Under the pieces are notes generated by a model. The model did not search any database and was not told the origin of the DNA. It saw nothing but the letters and a program-made list of their open reading frames with translations. Of a DNA stretch of 64,000 bases, positions 9,070 through 17,304 are shown piece by piece; the stretch's first letter is position 1; each line of letters opens with the position of its first letter. The position numbers were made by a program, and so were the translations under genes. This DNA is from Acholeplasmataceae bacterium (GTDB taxonomy: Bacteria; Bacillota; Negativicutes; Acidaminococcales; Acidaminococcaceae), in contig JAAYVM010000132.1 in the NCBI GenBank assembly GCA_012517145.1, positions 9,689 through 73,688 on the forward strand. Reading direction: 5' to 3'.

Positions 9070-9555
9070 ATGCTGAACAGAATCCTGGTATCAATTGATG
9101 GCTCCCCGCTTTCATTCCAAGCATTAGATTTTGCGATGGGTTTAGGAGCGGCCTGTGGTAGTGAGATTATAGTTTTGCATGTGGCTGTTCCGTTTGATCT
9201 CTCCAAACTACATTCTTATGAAATGGAAAAACTTGAGGACGATATTTACGAAAAAATTAAAAAGAAAGCGACCAGCAAAGAAGAATTGACTGAAGACGAA
9301 AAATCCAAAGCAGAAGCGGGTGCTTTGGAAGTTGCAAAGAAAAAAGCTGCAGAAGCTGGCTATAAAACTATTTTATTTAAAGAAGTAATTGACAACGAAC
9401 CAGCCAAGACCATAGTTCATCAGGCGTCAATTCTGAAGGCTGATGCTATCGTCATGGGCACAAGCGGCCTTGGCTTGATGTCTGCCGCTTTGCTTGGCAG
9501 TGTCAGCGGCAAAGTTGTTTCAAGTGCTCCGTGCCCGGTAATTATTGTAAGATAA
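9070..9555 (+). CDS. Universal stress protein (type B copy 2)
   Basis: MLNRILVSIDGS...MGTSGLGLMSAALLGSVSGKV...PVIIVR. It has the same architecture as the 7958-8422 product, with a Lys/Glu-rich insert. The start at 9070 was chosen by homology to paralogue starts. Confidence 0.85.
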   Translation: MLNRILVSIDGSPLSFQALDFAMGLGAACGSEIIVLHVAVPFDLSKLHSYEMEKLEDDIYEKIKKKATSKEELTEDEKSKAEAGALEVAKKKAAEAGYKTILFKEVIDNEPAKTIVHQASILKADAIVMGTSGLGLMSAALLGSVSGKVVSSAPCPVIIVR

Positions 9556-9564
9556 GATTTCTTT

Positions 9565-9598
9565 AAAATCGTGCCGGTAAAAAACGGCACGATTTTTT
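9565..9598 (+). terminator. Intrinsic terminator between the fourth and fifth USP genes
   Basis: AAAATCGTGCCG-GTAAAAAA-CGGCACGATTTT followed by TT. Confidence 0.75.
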
Positions 9599-9617
9599 GT
9601 GTAAAAGGAGAGAAAAT

Positions 9618-10055
9618 ATGCTAAAGAAAGTTCTTGTATTAGTTGATGGCGCGGAGAACTCTTTTCGTGCACTGAATTATGCTATTGAATTATGTAAGTT
9701 GTCAGCGGGAGAGCTGATTGTAATGACTTCTGTAAAAACAGAGATGAAAGTAACCGCGGAAGCGGCTCCGCTTGATCAGGAATTACGTACGCAAGCCAAC
9801 AATGAGGCTGTTAAAACAGGCAATAAAGCACTCGGAAGCGCTAAAGCTGTTTTGGACGGCAGTGGTATCAGTGTGCAGTATATACTTGAATTTGGTTCGC
9901 CGGCAGCGATGGCGATGAAAACCGTTGAAAAATTTGAATGCGACACAATCGTTGTTGGTAGTCGCGGGTTAGGAACTATAAAAGGTATTCTCAGTGATAG
10001 CGTCAGTACAAAATTGGTGCAGGATGCACATATTCCTGTAATTGTCATAAAATAA
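9618..10055 (+). CDS. Universal stress protein (type C)
   Basis: MLKKVLVLVDGAENS...VGSRGLGTIKGILSDSVSTKL...PVIVIK. ATG at 9618 follows AAGGAGAG. Confidence 0.85.
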   Translation: MLKKVLVLVDGAENSFRALNYAIELCKLSAGELIVMTSVKTEMKVTAEAAPLDQELRTQANNEAVKTGNKALGSAKAVLDGSGISVQYILEFGSPAAMAMKTVEKFECDTIVVGSRGLGTIKGILSDSVSTKLVQDAHIPVIVIK

Positions 10056-10074
10056 CTTACGAGCCGATAAAAAA

Positions 10075-10110
10075 AGTGCGCATCTCCGTCCATGTGTGGA
10101 GATGCGCACT
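10075..10110. terminator. Bidirectional terminator between convergent genes
   Basis: AGTGCGCATCTCC / GGAGATGCGCACT 13-bp stem, flanked by an A-run and a T-run. Confidence 0.75.
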
Positions 10111-10117
10111 TAATTTT

Positions 10118-10351
10118 TTAATATGATTTTTTACCAAGTACAGGATGTATGGTTGGTTCAAGGTGCAAACGCTTGGCAAGTTTTACTGCAGCCTCTAAAG
10201 GCAGGTCTTCTTTTCTTACACCGTCTTTTTCAAAGACACAGTAAGGGTTTTCGGAACCGACCTCACCGCCTGGCAAATAGATAAATTCTTTGTTTTCAGT
10301 ATCACCTAGGACAACGCCGGCAAGTAACTGCTCAGCCATAATTTTTGACAT
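10118..10351 (-). CDS. Hypothetical 77-aa soluble protein
   Basis: The ORF lies 21 nt downstream of corA on the same strand. I recognise no family. Confidence 0.45.
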   Translation of the reverse strand: MSKIMAEQLLAGVVLGDTENKEFIYLPGGEVGSENPYCVFEKDGVRKEDLPLEAAVKLAKRLHLEPTIHPVLGKKSY

Positions 10352-10372
10352 TTCGTGACTCCTTCCTTTTAA

Positions 10373-11323
10373 TCAGAACATGCGCCTTTTCCGGAGGAAA
10401 TAAGCGAAGGTTGCTGCAATAACAAGTGAAAGCAAGGCAACGATATAGAAGCCGAAGGAGTTATCTTTAAAAGGAACTGCCACGTTCATGCCCCAAAAAC
10501 TCGAAAGTACTGTTGGGATAGCCAAAATAATAGTCATTCCAGCTAAGAATTTCATTACCTCATTCATGTTATTGTTGATGATTGAAGCAAAAACCTCCAT
10601 CATGCTGTTTAAAATATGGCTGTACATCTCAACCATTTCAATTGCTTGCTTGTATTCAATGATAACGTCTTCTAATAGGTCTTCGTCCTCTTCGTACATT
10701 TTAATTAAATGCTGCAATTGGTTGGTGGAACGCAGCCGCAATATTTTTTCTGTAACAATATAATTACTGCGCAACGAAGCGGAGAAGAAGGTTAAAGATT
10801 TCCTTAAATCCAGCAGGTTGAACAAACCAGCATTTTCCATGGAGTTTCTGAGGTGCTGCTCCAATTCGTCGGTACGACGATTAATGTTACGAATGTATTT
10901 CAAATATAAGGTTGCAGATTTATAAAGAAGCTGGAAAAGGAAACGCGTCTTCTTAAAAGTGCTGAAGGTACGATAATTCATGGAGTTGAAATCTGCCAAC
11001 ACGGCGTTGACTTCCAGACAAACCGTTATGATGCAGTTAGCAGTTATTATAATACCCAAAGGCAGGGTGTCGTAATCATTGTTGCTGCGTAAAAGAGGTA
11101 TATCGATCAATATCAGTATCTGATCAGATTCCCACTCAATACGGGATTTTTCTTCATCATCCAAAGCTGCTGTCAAGTAATCAAGCTGTACGCCTGTGGC
11201 AGCGGAAATCTCCGTTAACTCTTCCATTGAGGGGCTTATAATATCAATCCATATGCCTTTTTCGAGCTGGTCCAACATCAGTTCGTCAATGCCATCAGCA
11301 CAACTTTTATAAATCTTGTACAT
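10373..11323 (-). CDS. corA: CorA-family divalent cation (Mg/Co) transporter
   Basis: C-terminal two TM helices with the GMN signature (SSFWGMNVAVPF). Size of 316 aa is typical. Confidence 0.9.
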   Translation of the reverse strand: MYKIYKSCADGIDELMLDQLEKGIWIDIISPSMEELTEISAATGVQLDYLTAALDDEEKSRIEWESDQILILIDIPLLRSNNDYDTLPLGIIITANCIITVCLEVNAVLADFNSMNYRTFSTFKKTRFLFQLLYKSATLYLKYIRNINRRTDELEQHLRNSMENAGLFNLLDLRKSLTFFSASLRSNYIVTEKILRLRSTNQLQHLIKMYEEDEDLLEDVIIEYKQAIEMVEMYSHILNSMMEVFASIINNNMNEVMKFLAGMTIILAIPTVLSSFWGMNVAVPFKDNSFGFYIVALLSLVIAATFAYFLRKRRMF

Positions 11324-11716
11324 TGGAACCCCTCCATTCTGCTTTTAATTTCGTTGGCGGCTACGCCGAAAAATTGTTTTATGAAAAAGATGTGGTCAAA
11401 GTCATGGTGCAGCAGCCTATGCAGTCAACCCTGAGAGGCTTTACACAGTTTCCCGTTGTTTTAGATATTTTAGAAATGCGGGAATAGTTGTTATTTTTTA
11501 ACCATTATTATATTCGACGAGGATAAATAAAATCCTTGTAAAATATTTAACAAGAAAATATTTTTATGTGTTAAATTCTGGTTGTTTAATAATACGTTAC
11601 TGTGGCAATTAGGCTTTTTTTTCTATTGTTTTGCTGATATAATACTAGATAAGTTTGTAGCAATGCAGAAGGGTAGTATGGAATTTATTGTTTTATCATT
11701 TGCGTAGAAGGGTAGC

Positions 11717-13141
11717 GTGGTGTTAATGTCTATTCAATTATTCATTGTTTGTGCGTACGTTGTTTTGCTTTTTGCCATCAGCTTGTTTGCCAAGAAGAGA
11801 GCAGACAAAGGGGCTTCAGAGTATCTGTTTGCGGGACGTAAACTTGGCCCTGGTCTTATAGCCGTCAATATTACAGGTCTCGCTGTCGGAGCGGCTTCGA
11901 CAGTAGGCGTTGCGGAAAATGCTTTCAGCGTTGGCTTGGCAGCTGGCTGGTATAATGCAGCCTGGTCTGCGGGTGCCTTGATCATGGGTCTTATCGCCGC
12001 AGGAAAATATCGTGCCTTGAAGGCTACGACTATTCCTGATTTATTTGAACGTTATTACGATACAAAAGGCAGAGTTGTCAGCGCTATTGGCCTCTTAATA
12101 ATTATGCTGGTCATCACTTCTTTGCAGTATCTTGCAGGCGGAGCAATTCTTTCCGCCCTCCTGCCCGACATTTTCTCTTTTAAGGGCGGCATGTTAACAA
12201 GTGCAGTCGTTTTTATTGGTATTACCTTGATTGGGGGACTCTGGTCTTCCGGACTTTCAAATATAGTAAGTGTTATCTTAATTTATGCTGGTGTTTTATA
12301 TTCTACCTATGCGGCAGTCGACAAGGTAGGTGGTATGACTGTACTGCTTAGCCAACTGCCTGCAGGTAAGGATTGGCTTAATCCGTTCGCTGGTTTGCCG
12401 ATGGCGATTGTAATAGGGTGGTTTGTGGTTATGATTACCCAGGCAATTACAGCTCAAGGACCTGTCCAGATAGCGTGTGGCGCTAAGGACTCGGCTTCGG
12501 CACGGAAAGGTTTTATCTGGGGAGCTGCGCTTATTTTCCCAATAGGTTTTTTATGTGCTTTAATTGGAATTGTTGCCCGAGTAACTTCTCCGAATATTAC
12601 TGCAACGATGGCGTTGCCAAGTGTCATTATGGGACTTGATCCTTTTGCTTCCGGTATAACTTTGGCAGCAATGTGGGCTGCCGATATTTCTACGGCCTGT
12701 ACAATTTTATTGGGGGCAGGGACATTGTTTTCCCAAGATATTTATAAACGTTTTATCAATCCAGGCATCTCTGGTGAAAAATTTCTTTTTGTTAACAGGG
12801 TAACCATATTCGTTTGTGGCCTTGGTACTTTGTGGTTGGCATTTAATGCAGTCGGTATCTTGAAAACAATGGTTGCTGGTTTAAGCCTTACGACTGCACT
12901 GACGGTTGTTTTCTTATTTACTATCTTTTTGCCGGCTGCCTGCCGCAGAAGCTCTGCCTTTTACACAACACTTGCGGGGTTGCTTGCTATTGTTGTTTGG
13001 GAATTTGTACCAGCTCTGCATGTTTTGAAACATGTAATTTATTTTGAATGGCTCGTTTGTGTTATAGTATTCCTTCTGGTTGCTGTCATCGACCAAAGAC
13101 CTATCAAGACACCGGAGTTAATCGAAGAAGAAGGTGAATAG
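11717..13141 (+). CDS. Sodium:solute symporter (SSS) family transporter
   Basis: About 13 TM segments with SSS-like N-terminal features (YLFAGRKLGP). The start is ambiguous (GTG 11717 or 11720, or ATG 11726). Confidence 0.8.
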   Translation: MVLMSIQLFIVCAYVVLLFAISLFAKKRADKGASEYLFAGRKLGPGLIAVNITGLAVGAASTVGVAENAFSVGLAAGWYNAAWSAGALIMGLIAAGKYRALKATTIPDLFERYYDTKGRVVSAIGLLIIMLVITSLQYLAGGAILSALLPDIFSFKGGMLTSAVVFIGITLIGGLWSSGLSNIVSVILIYAGVLYSTYAAVDKVGGMTVLLSQLPAGKDWLNPFAGLPMAIVIGWFVVMITQAITAQGPVQIACGAKDSASARKGFIWGAALIFPIGFLCALIGIVARVTSPNITATMALPSVIMGLDPFASGITLAAMWAADISTACTILLGAGTLFSQDIYKRFINPGISGEKFLFVNRVTIFVCGLGTLWLAFNAVGILKTMVAGLSLTTALTVVFLFTIFLPAACRRSSAFYTTLAGLLAIVVWEFVPALHVLKHVIYFEWLVCVIVFLLVAVIDQRPIKTPELIEEEGE

Positions 13142-13142
13142 T

Positions 13143-13574
13143 ATGCTTGATGACAAGCACACAAGCATTGATATTGGCCGTGCTGCTTTAAAAATCGCTA
13201 TTACAAGCAACCGCACGGAAGAACAACTAGTAAAGGAAGAATTAGCGTTGCAGGGAATACGTTCCACTGCAGTTGATTTTGGCGGTGAATTTATCCAGTC
13301 GATTGTAAAAATAGTCGAAAGAGCAGTCGTTGCTGCCCAACGCCAGGGAATAGTAACCAGCACACATGTAGGCGCCGGCGCTGTAGCCGGAGCAGCACAT
13401 GAAGCTTTGGAACAGGTTAAGGTGAAGGCAATAGGGTGTAATGTTGGCGGTAAAATCGGCATTGCCCGTTTTGATGAACACCTTTGTGTGGCAATTTTCA
13501 TGGGCGTGGGCGTTCTTAACTTAAATGAGTTATGCGTTGGCCTTGCGCATCGTTCGCTGGACAAAGTTGAGTAA
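13143..13574 (+). CDS. HutP-family RNA-binding regulatory protein
   Basis: About 143 aa. Block-wise similarity to B. subtilis HutP recalled from memory: IGRAALKIAI, KIVERAVVAAQRQGIV, AAHEALEQV, LCVAIFMGVGV..ELCVGLAH. The ATG lies 1 nt after the transporter stop. Confidence 0.7.
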   Translation: MLDDKHTSIDIGRAALKIAITSNRTEEQLVKEELALQGIRSTAVDFGGEFIQSIVKIVERAVVAAQRQGIVTSTHVGAGAVAGAAHEALEQVKVKAIGCNVGGKIGIARFDEHLCVAIFMGVGVLNLNELCVGLAHRSLDKVE

Positions 13575-13579
13575 GTTTT

Positions 13580-13621
13580 ACCCGTATGGTATTGTCAAAG
13601 GCGATGCTATACGGGTTTTTT
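13580..13621 (+). terminator. Intrinsic terminator between the HutP-like gene and sdaAB (candidate regulated terminator)
   Basis: ACCCGTAT ... ATACGGGT stem followed by TTTTTT. Confidence 0.7.
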
Positions 13622-13653
13622 AGTATAAAATATAGAGGCAGAGGTATAGTGTT

Positions 13654-14319
13654 ATGGATTTAATGGATGTAATCGGTCCTGTTATGATTGGACCTTCAAG
13701 TTCCCACACAGCTGGTGCCGTCAGGCTAGGACTTTTAGCTGCCAGTATTTTGGGCGAAAAGCCGGTGAAGGCAAAAATTGAACTGCATGGTTCTTTTGCA
13801 CAGACTTATCGTGGTCATGGTACCGATCTTGCATTGCTTGCCGGCCTTATGGGCTGGCTGCCGGATGATGCACGTATCCCGGAAGCAGGGACTTTCGCTG
13901 AGAAAAATGGCCTGGAATATAGCTTTACTAAAGTAAACCTTGGCGAATTGGCACATCCTAATACTGTGAGATTTAAATTAGAAGGTGAAAATGGTGCCGT
14001 GTGTCAGGTGACAGGGTCTTCTATTGGCGGCGGTCAGGTCAGTGTTACAGAAATTGATGATTTCCCAGTAGAACTGAGTGGCAGATTACCTGGCGTTTTA
14101 GTGCTGCACAGGGATCAATGCGGTGTGATTGCCCTGGTCAGCGGACAACTGGCGGAAGCGTGCATCAATATTGCCGGCATGCGTGTTTTCCGCACTGGCA
14201 AAGGTGGCCTGGCAATCATGATTATTGAGTGTGACCAAAAGGTTGCTCCGGATACTCTTGAGAAAATTACTCATTTGATGGCTGTCGAATCTGTGCGCTT
14301 TATAAATAATGTGCTGTGA
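13654..14319 (+). CDS. sdaAB: L-serine ammonia-lyase (iron-sulfur dependent), beta subunit
   Basis: N-terminus DVIGPVMIGPSSSHTAGAVRLG, an ACT-like C-terminal domain, and a size of 221 aa. Confidence 0.9.
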   Translation: MDLMDVIGPVMIGPSSSHTAGAVRLGLLAASILGEKPVKAKIELHGSFAQTYRGHGTDLALLAGLMGWLPDDARIPEAGTFAEKNGLEYSFTKVNLGELAHPNTVRFKLEGENGAVCQVTGSSIGGGQVSVTEIDDFPVELSGRLPGVLVLHRDQCGVIALVSGQLAEACINIAGMRVFRTGKGGLAIMIIECDQKVAPDTLEKITHLMAVESVRFINNVL

Positions 14320-14330
14320 GGTAAGCAAAA

Positions 14331-15221
14331 ATGGCAAAAGATAAACTTTCTCTGGCGGCCTGGATAGAGGAGTCAGAGAGAAAAGGTATTTCTTTAAGGG
14401 AAACTTTAATCGCGAATAATGCTAATGCAATGGGGGTTGAACCGCAGGTTCTTCTCAGTAAAATGGCTGATATGCTGAAAGTCATGCGTGCTTCTATCGA
14501 TTACGGCCTTACAGGGGTGCGCTCACGCAGCAAACTAACTGGAGGCAGTGCCAAAAAACTGTTCGAAGCTAAACAAGGCAACAATTATGCTAATATTTTG
14601 GGGCCGACAGTAAGTGATGCGGTAATATTTTCACTGGCTGTAGCTGAAGCAAATGCGGCAATGGGGCGTATTGTGGCGGCACCGACAGCTGGTGCCAGTG
14701 GTGTTTTGCCAGGAATGCTTTTTTCTCTGCAAAAGAATTATGCGTTAAGTGAAGAAGATTTAGCTGCAGGACTTGTGGTAGCTGGCGGCATTGGTCTGGT
14801 TATTGCCAATAGGTCGTCCTTGTCCGGAGCCATGGGGGGCTGTCAGGCTGAAACCGGCAGTGCAGCGGCCATGGCAGCGGGAGCTGCTGTCGATTTGCTG
14901 GGCGGTACACCTGAGCAAGTTGGTCAAGCGGTAGCGATGACAATAAAAAATATGTTGGGGCTTGTTTGCGATCCAGTAGCAGGTTTGGTAGAAGTTCCTT
15001 GTATCAAGAGAAATGCCGGAGCAGTCACGCAGGCATTGACGGCGGCACAAATGGCCTTGGCTGGCATTACCAGTTTTATTCCGGCTGATGAAGCAATTGA
15101 CGCTATGAAAGAAGTCGGTGACCGTATGCCTTGTGCTTTAAAAGAAACAGCAGGAGGCGGACTGGCTCATGCGCCAACAGCTTTGGCCTGGGCTGCAGAA
15201 TATTTCAAAGCTGGAGAATAA
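14331..15221 (+). CDS. sdaAA: L-serine ammonia-lyase, alpha subunit
   Basis: SDH_alpha motifs (VAAPTAGASGVLPG, GGCQAETGSAAAMAA, GLVCDPVAGLVEVPCIKRNA). Confidence 0.9.
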   Translation: MAKDKLSLAAWIEESERKGISLRETLIANNANAMGVEPQVLLSKMADMLKVMRASIDYGLTGVRSRSKLTGGSAKKLFEAKQGNNYANILGPTVSDAVIFSLAVAEANAAMGRIVAAPTAGASGVLPGMLFSLQKNYALSEEDLAAGLVVAGGIGLVIANRSSLSGAMGGCQAETGSAAAMAAGAAVDLLGGTPEQVGQAVAMTIKNMLGLVCDPVAGLVEVPCIKRNAGAVTQALTAAQMALAGITSFIPADEAIDAMKEVGDRMPCALKETAGGGLAHAPTALAWAAEYFKAGE

Positions 15222-15245
15222 CTAATTATCAGGAGGCAGAAAGAT

Positions 15246-15626
15246 ATGAAAAATGTAGTAAGTACAGAAAAAGCACCAAAAGCGATTGGCCCATATTCAC
15301 AAGCAATTGAAGCGGCAGGTTTACTTTTTTTATCAGGACAAATACCTATTGTGCCCGCAACAGGCGAAATCTGTGCAGGTGGTATAGAGGAACAGACCGA
15401 GCAGGTCTTGCTTAATATTGAGGCCATTCTTGCTACCAAAGGCCTTGGCTTTGCCGATGTTGTCAAGACAACAGTATTCTTAGCGGACATGAATGATTTT
15501 GCTACAGTTAATGGAATATATGCCAAAGCCTTTGTAGAAAATCCTCCTGCACGTTCCTGTGTACAGGTTGCCAGACTACCAAAAGATGTTAAAGTTGAGA
15601 TAGAAACTATAGCAGTTTGCAGATAA
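15246..15626 (+). CDS. ridA: RidA/YjgF-family enamine/imine deaminase
   Basis: 126 aa with [12 protein letters not shown]...GQIP...[19 protein letters not shown]. Confidence 0.9.
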   Translation: MKNVVSTEKAPKAIGPYSQAIEAAGLLFLSGQIPIVPATGEICAGGIEEQTEQVLLNIEAILATKGLGFADVVKTTVFLADMNDFATVNGIYAKAFVENPPARSCVQVARLPKDVKVEIETIAVCR

Positions 15627-15671
15627 TGATTACTATAATCTATTAAACTGTAAAAAAGTTACGAAAAGTGA

Positions 15672-15700
15672 TTGACACTCTCAAGTGTCTATGGTACAAT
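15672..15700 (+). promoter_or_regulatory. Sigma-A promoter of the tRNA operon
   Basis: TTGACA, a 17-nt spacer, then TACAAT, about 38 nt upstream of the first tRNA. Confidence 0.7.
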
Positions 15701-15737
15701 AATTTTCGTCGCCAAGCTATTAAAGTTTGGTCAATTT

Positions 15738-15815
15738 GGTGGCTGTGGTGAAGCGGTTAACACGGCGGATTGTGGCTCCGTTATTTCGTGGGTTCGATCC
15801 CCACCAGTCACCCCA
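15738..15815 (+). tRNA. tRNA-His (GTG)
   Basis: Hand-folded cloverleaf with the extra 5' G(-1) paired to the discriminator C, anticoden-loop sequence TTGTGGC, T-loop GGTTCGATCC, and an encoded CCA. Confidence 0.85.
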
Positions 15816-15839
15816 CAATTTTTAGTTGTTGCCTATCTT

Positions 15840-15915
15840 TGGGGCGTCGCCAAGTCGGTAAGGCACGGGACTTTGACTCCCGCATGCGTTGGTTCGAGTC
15901 CAGCCGCCCCAGCCA
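15840..15915 (+). tRNA. tRNA-Gln (TTG)
   Basis: Acceptor TGGGGCG/CGCCCCA, anticodon loop CTTTGAC, T-loop GGTTCGAGTCC, and an encoded CCA. Confidence 0.85.
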
Positions 15916-15918
15916 TGT

Positions 15919-15994
15919 GATCCACTAGCTCAGTCGGTAGAGCACCTGACTTTTAATCAGGGTGTCCCGCGTTCGAGTCGCGGGTGGATCACCA
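15919..15994 (+). tRNA. tRNA-Lys (TTT)
   Basis: Acceptor GATCCAC/GTGGATC, D-arm TAGCTCAGTCGGTAGAGC, anticodon loop CTTTTAA, and an encoded CCA. Confidence 0.85.
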
Positions 15995-16016
15995 TTTTTT
16001 TTATAATTTTCATGCC

Positions 16017-16101
16017 GCGGGAGTGGCGGAACTGGCAGACGCACTAGACTTAGGATCTAGCGCCGTGAGGCGTGCAGGTTCGATTCCTGTCTCCCGCACC
16101 A
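16017..16101 (+). tRNA. tRNA-Leu (TAG)
   Basis: Acceptor GCGGGAG/CTCCCGC, a long variable arm (GCGCCGTGAGGCGT), anticodon loop CTTAGGA, and an encoded CCA. Length is 85 nt. Confidence 0.85.
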
Positions 16102-16114
16102 ACTAAACAAGCTA

Positions 16115-16147
16115 AAGGCTTCTCAGGGAAACTGAGAAGCCTTTTTT
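16115..16147 (+). terminator. Intrinsic terminator of the tRNA operon
   Basis: AAGGCTTCTCAG-GGAAA-CTGAGAAGCCTT followed by TTTT. Confidence 0.85.
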
Positions 16148-16399
16148 ACTTTGCAAACATTCTTATTTAAAATTCTGGTTTTAGACAATATTGCACTTGC
16201 TAATCAACTGTAAAGGTGATAGAATTCAGACAAACCAGCTTTATTTATGGACACTACATTTGGAGCGGAGCCCGGTCCTTGTTCTGGCTTTGCAGAAATT
16301 TATAGACCAAGCTAAGTATGGCTATTTATTGTTTAAAAAAGTTATTTCTCCGTTCATTTGCATTTTCAGATAAATCAGCCCTTTGAGAGGTGCCGGCAA

Positions 16400-17083
16400 A
16401 TGTATATCTATACAAATAAAATATTCCACAAGCATACTTCACTTATCTTTACGTTACTAGGAGCGGCTTCGGCTTCAATTGCTTTCTTGATCCAGCGGCT
16501 TAGTGAAACCTATTATCCGAGTATGCGAGATGTTGTAGTCTATTTTGCAATAGTTCTTTTTGCTATTTTTGGCGCAATAATCGGCAAAATGATTTATGAG
16601 CTTCATTATATGGCGATGTTCGATTTTTTGACAAAATTAGGCAATCGTTGGTATTTCAATATACGGCTTACTCAAGAAATTGAAAGAAACAGGCGCGGAA
16701 ACTATTCTGTCTGCGTTGCGGCAATAGATGTTGATAATTTCAAACAGATAAACGATCAACTAGGCCATTACGCCGGTGATGCAGTCTTAGTGAATATATC
16801 GAATATCTTTCGGAAATACACCCGCAATCTGGATGTTGTAGCCCGTTGGGGCGGTGATGAGTTTGTTATAATATTCCCTGATACTGATATAAAAAGCTCA
16901 TTGGAAATTACAAACAAACTGAAAGATGTTGTGCTGGAAAGTGAAGAGTGCGGCATTGCTACTGTAAGTATCGGCGTAGTAGCAATTAACAGGGATTGGG
17001 ATAAGAAACAGGTTATCAGAGAAGTTGATTTAATGCTGCGCGCAGCAAAGAAAACAAAGAATTCCGTTGTTTCTCTTGCCTAA
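16400..17083 (+). CDS. Membrane-anchored diguanylate cyclase (GGDEF domain)
   Basis: Two N-terminal TM helices, a GGDEF active site (RWGGDEFVIIF), and an RxxD I-site (RNLD) 5 residues upstream. ATG at 16400 follows GAGAGG. Confidence 0.85.
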   Translation: MYIYTNKIFHKHTSLIFTLLGAASASIAFLIQRLSETYYPSMRDVVVYFAIVLFAIFGAIIGKMIYELHYMAMFDFLTKLGNRWYFNIRLTQEIERNRRGNYSVCVAAIDVDNFKQINDQLGHYAGDAVLVNISNIFRKYTRNLDVVARWGGDEFVIIFPDTDIKSSLEITNKLKDVVLESEECGIATVSIGVVAINRDWDKKQVIREVDLMLRAAKKTKNSVVSLA

Positions 17084-17143
17084 TATCAACTGTGCTTAGG
17101 GAATAAATTTATGAACAATATTCCCCGGTTTTTCTTAGCTATT

Positions 17144-17172
17144 AAAACACCACTTTTTAAGTGGTGTTTTTT
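17144..17172 (+). terminator. Intrinsic terminator
   Basis: AAAACACCAC-TTTTTAA-GTGGTGTTTT followed by TT. Confidence 0.8.
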
Positions 17173-17304
17173 ATTAGATGTAAATCCTTGCCGAAATATA
17201 AACGATTCCTGACTAATTGCATGATATACTTGTGACTAGCGTGGATAGGATAATGAAATGATGTCTGTAAGTAAAATATCCAAGAAGTATTGGGGGCGGA
17301 ATTA

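Noticed and set aside
11324-11480. M-box (Mg) riboswitch upstream of corA (minus strand)
   Set aside because: The leader has hairpins and a GCTGCTGC stretch vaguely like the M-box core. I could not find the conserved GGTGAGGC / GCCAAAAC-type blocks. A cmsearch with RF00380 would settle it.
15672-15920. 82-aa ORF on the + strand
   Set aside because: It spans the tRNA-His and tRNA-Gln genes and their promoter, so it is an artefact of ORF calling over RNA genes.
16226-16399. c-di-GMP-I (GEMM) riboswitch upstream of the GGDEF gene
   Set aside because: Fragments such as CAAACC, GGAC and AGCCCGG resemble GEMM-I. The GNRA tetraloop hairpin and the ACGCAAAGC core are missing, and the helices are too short.
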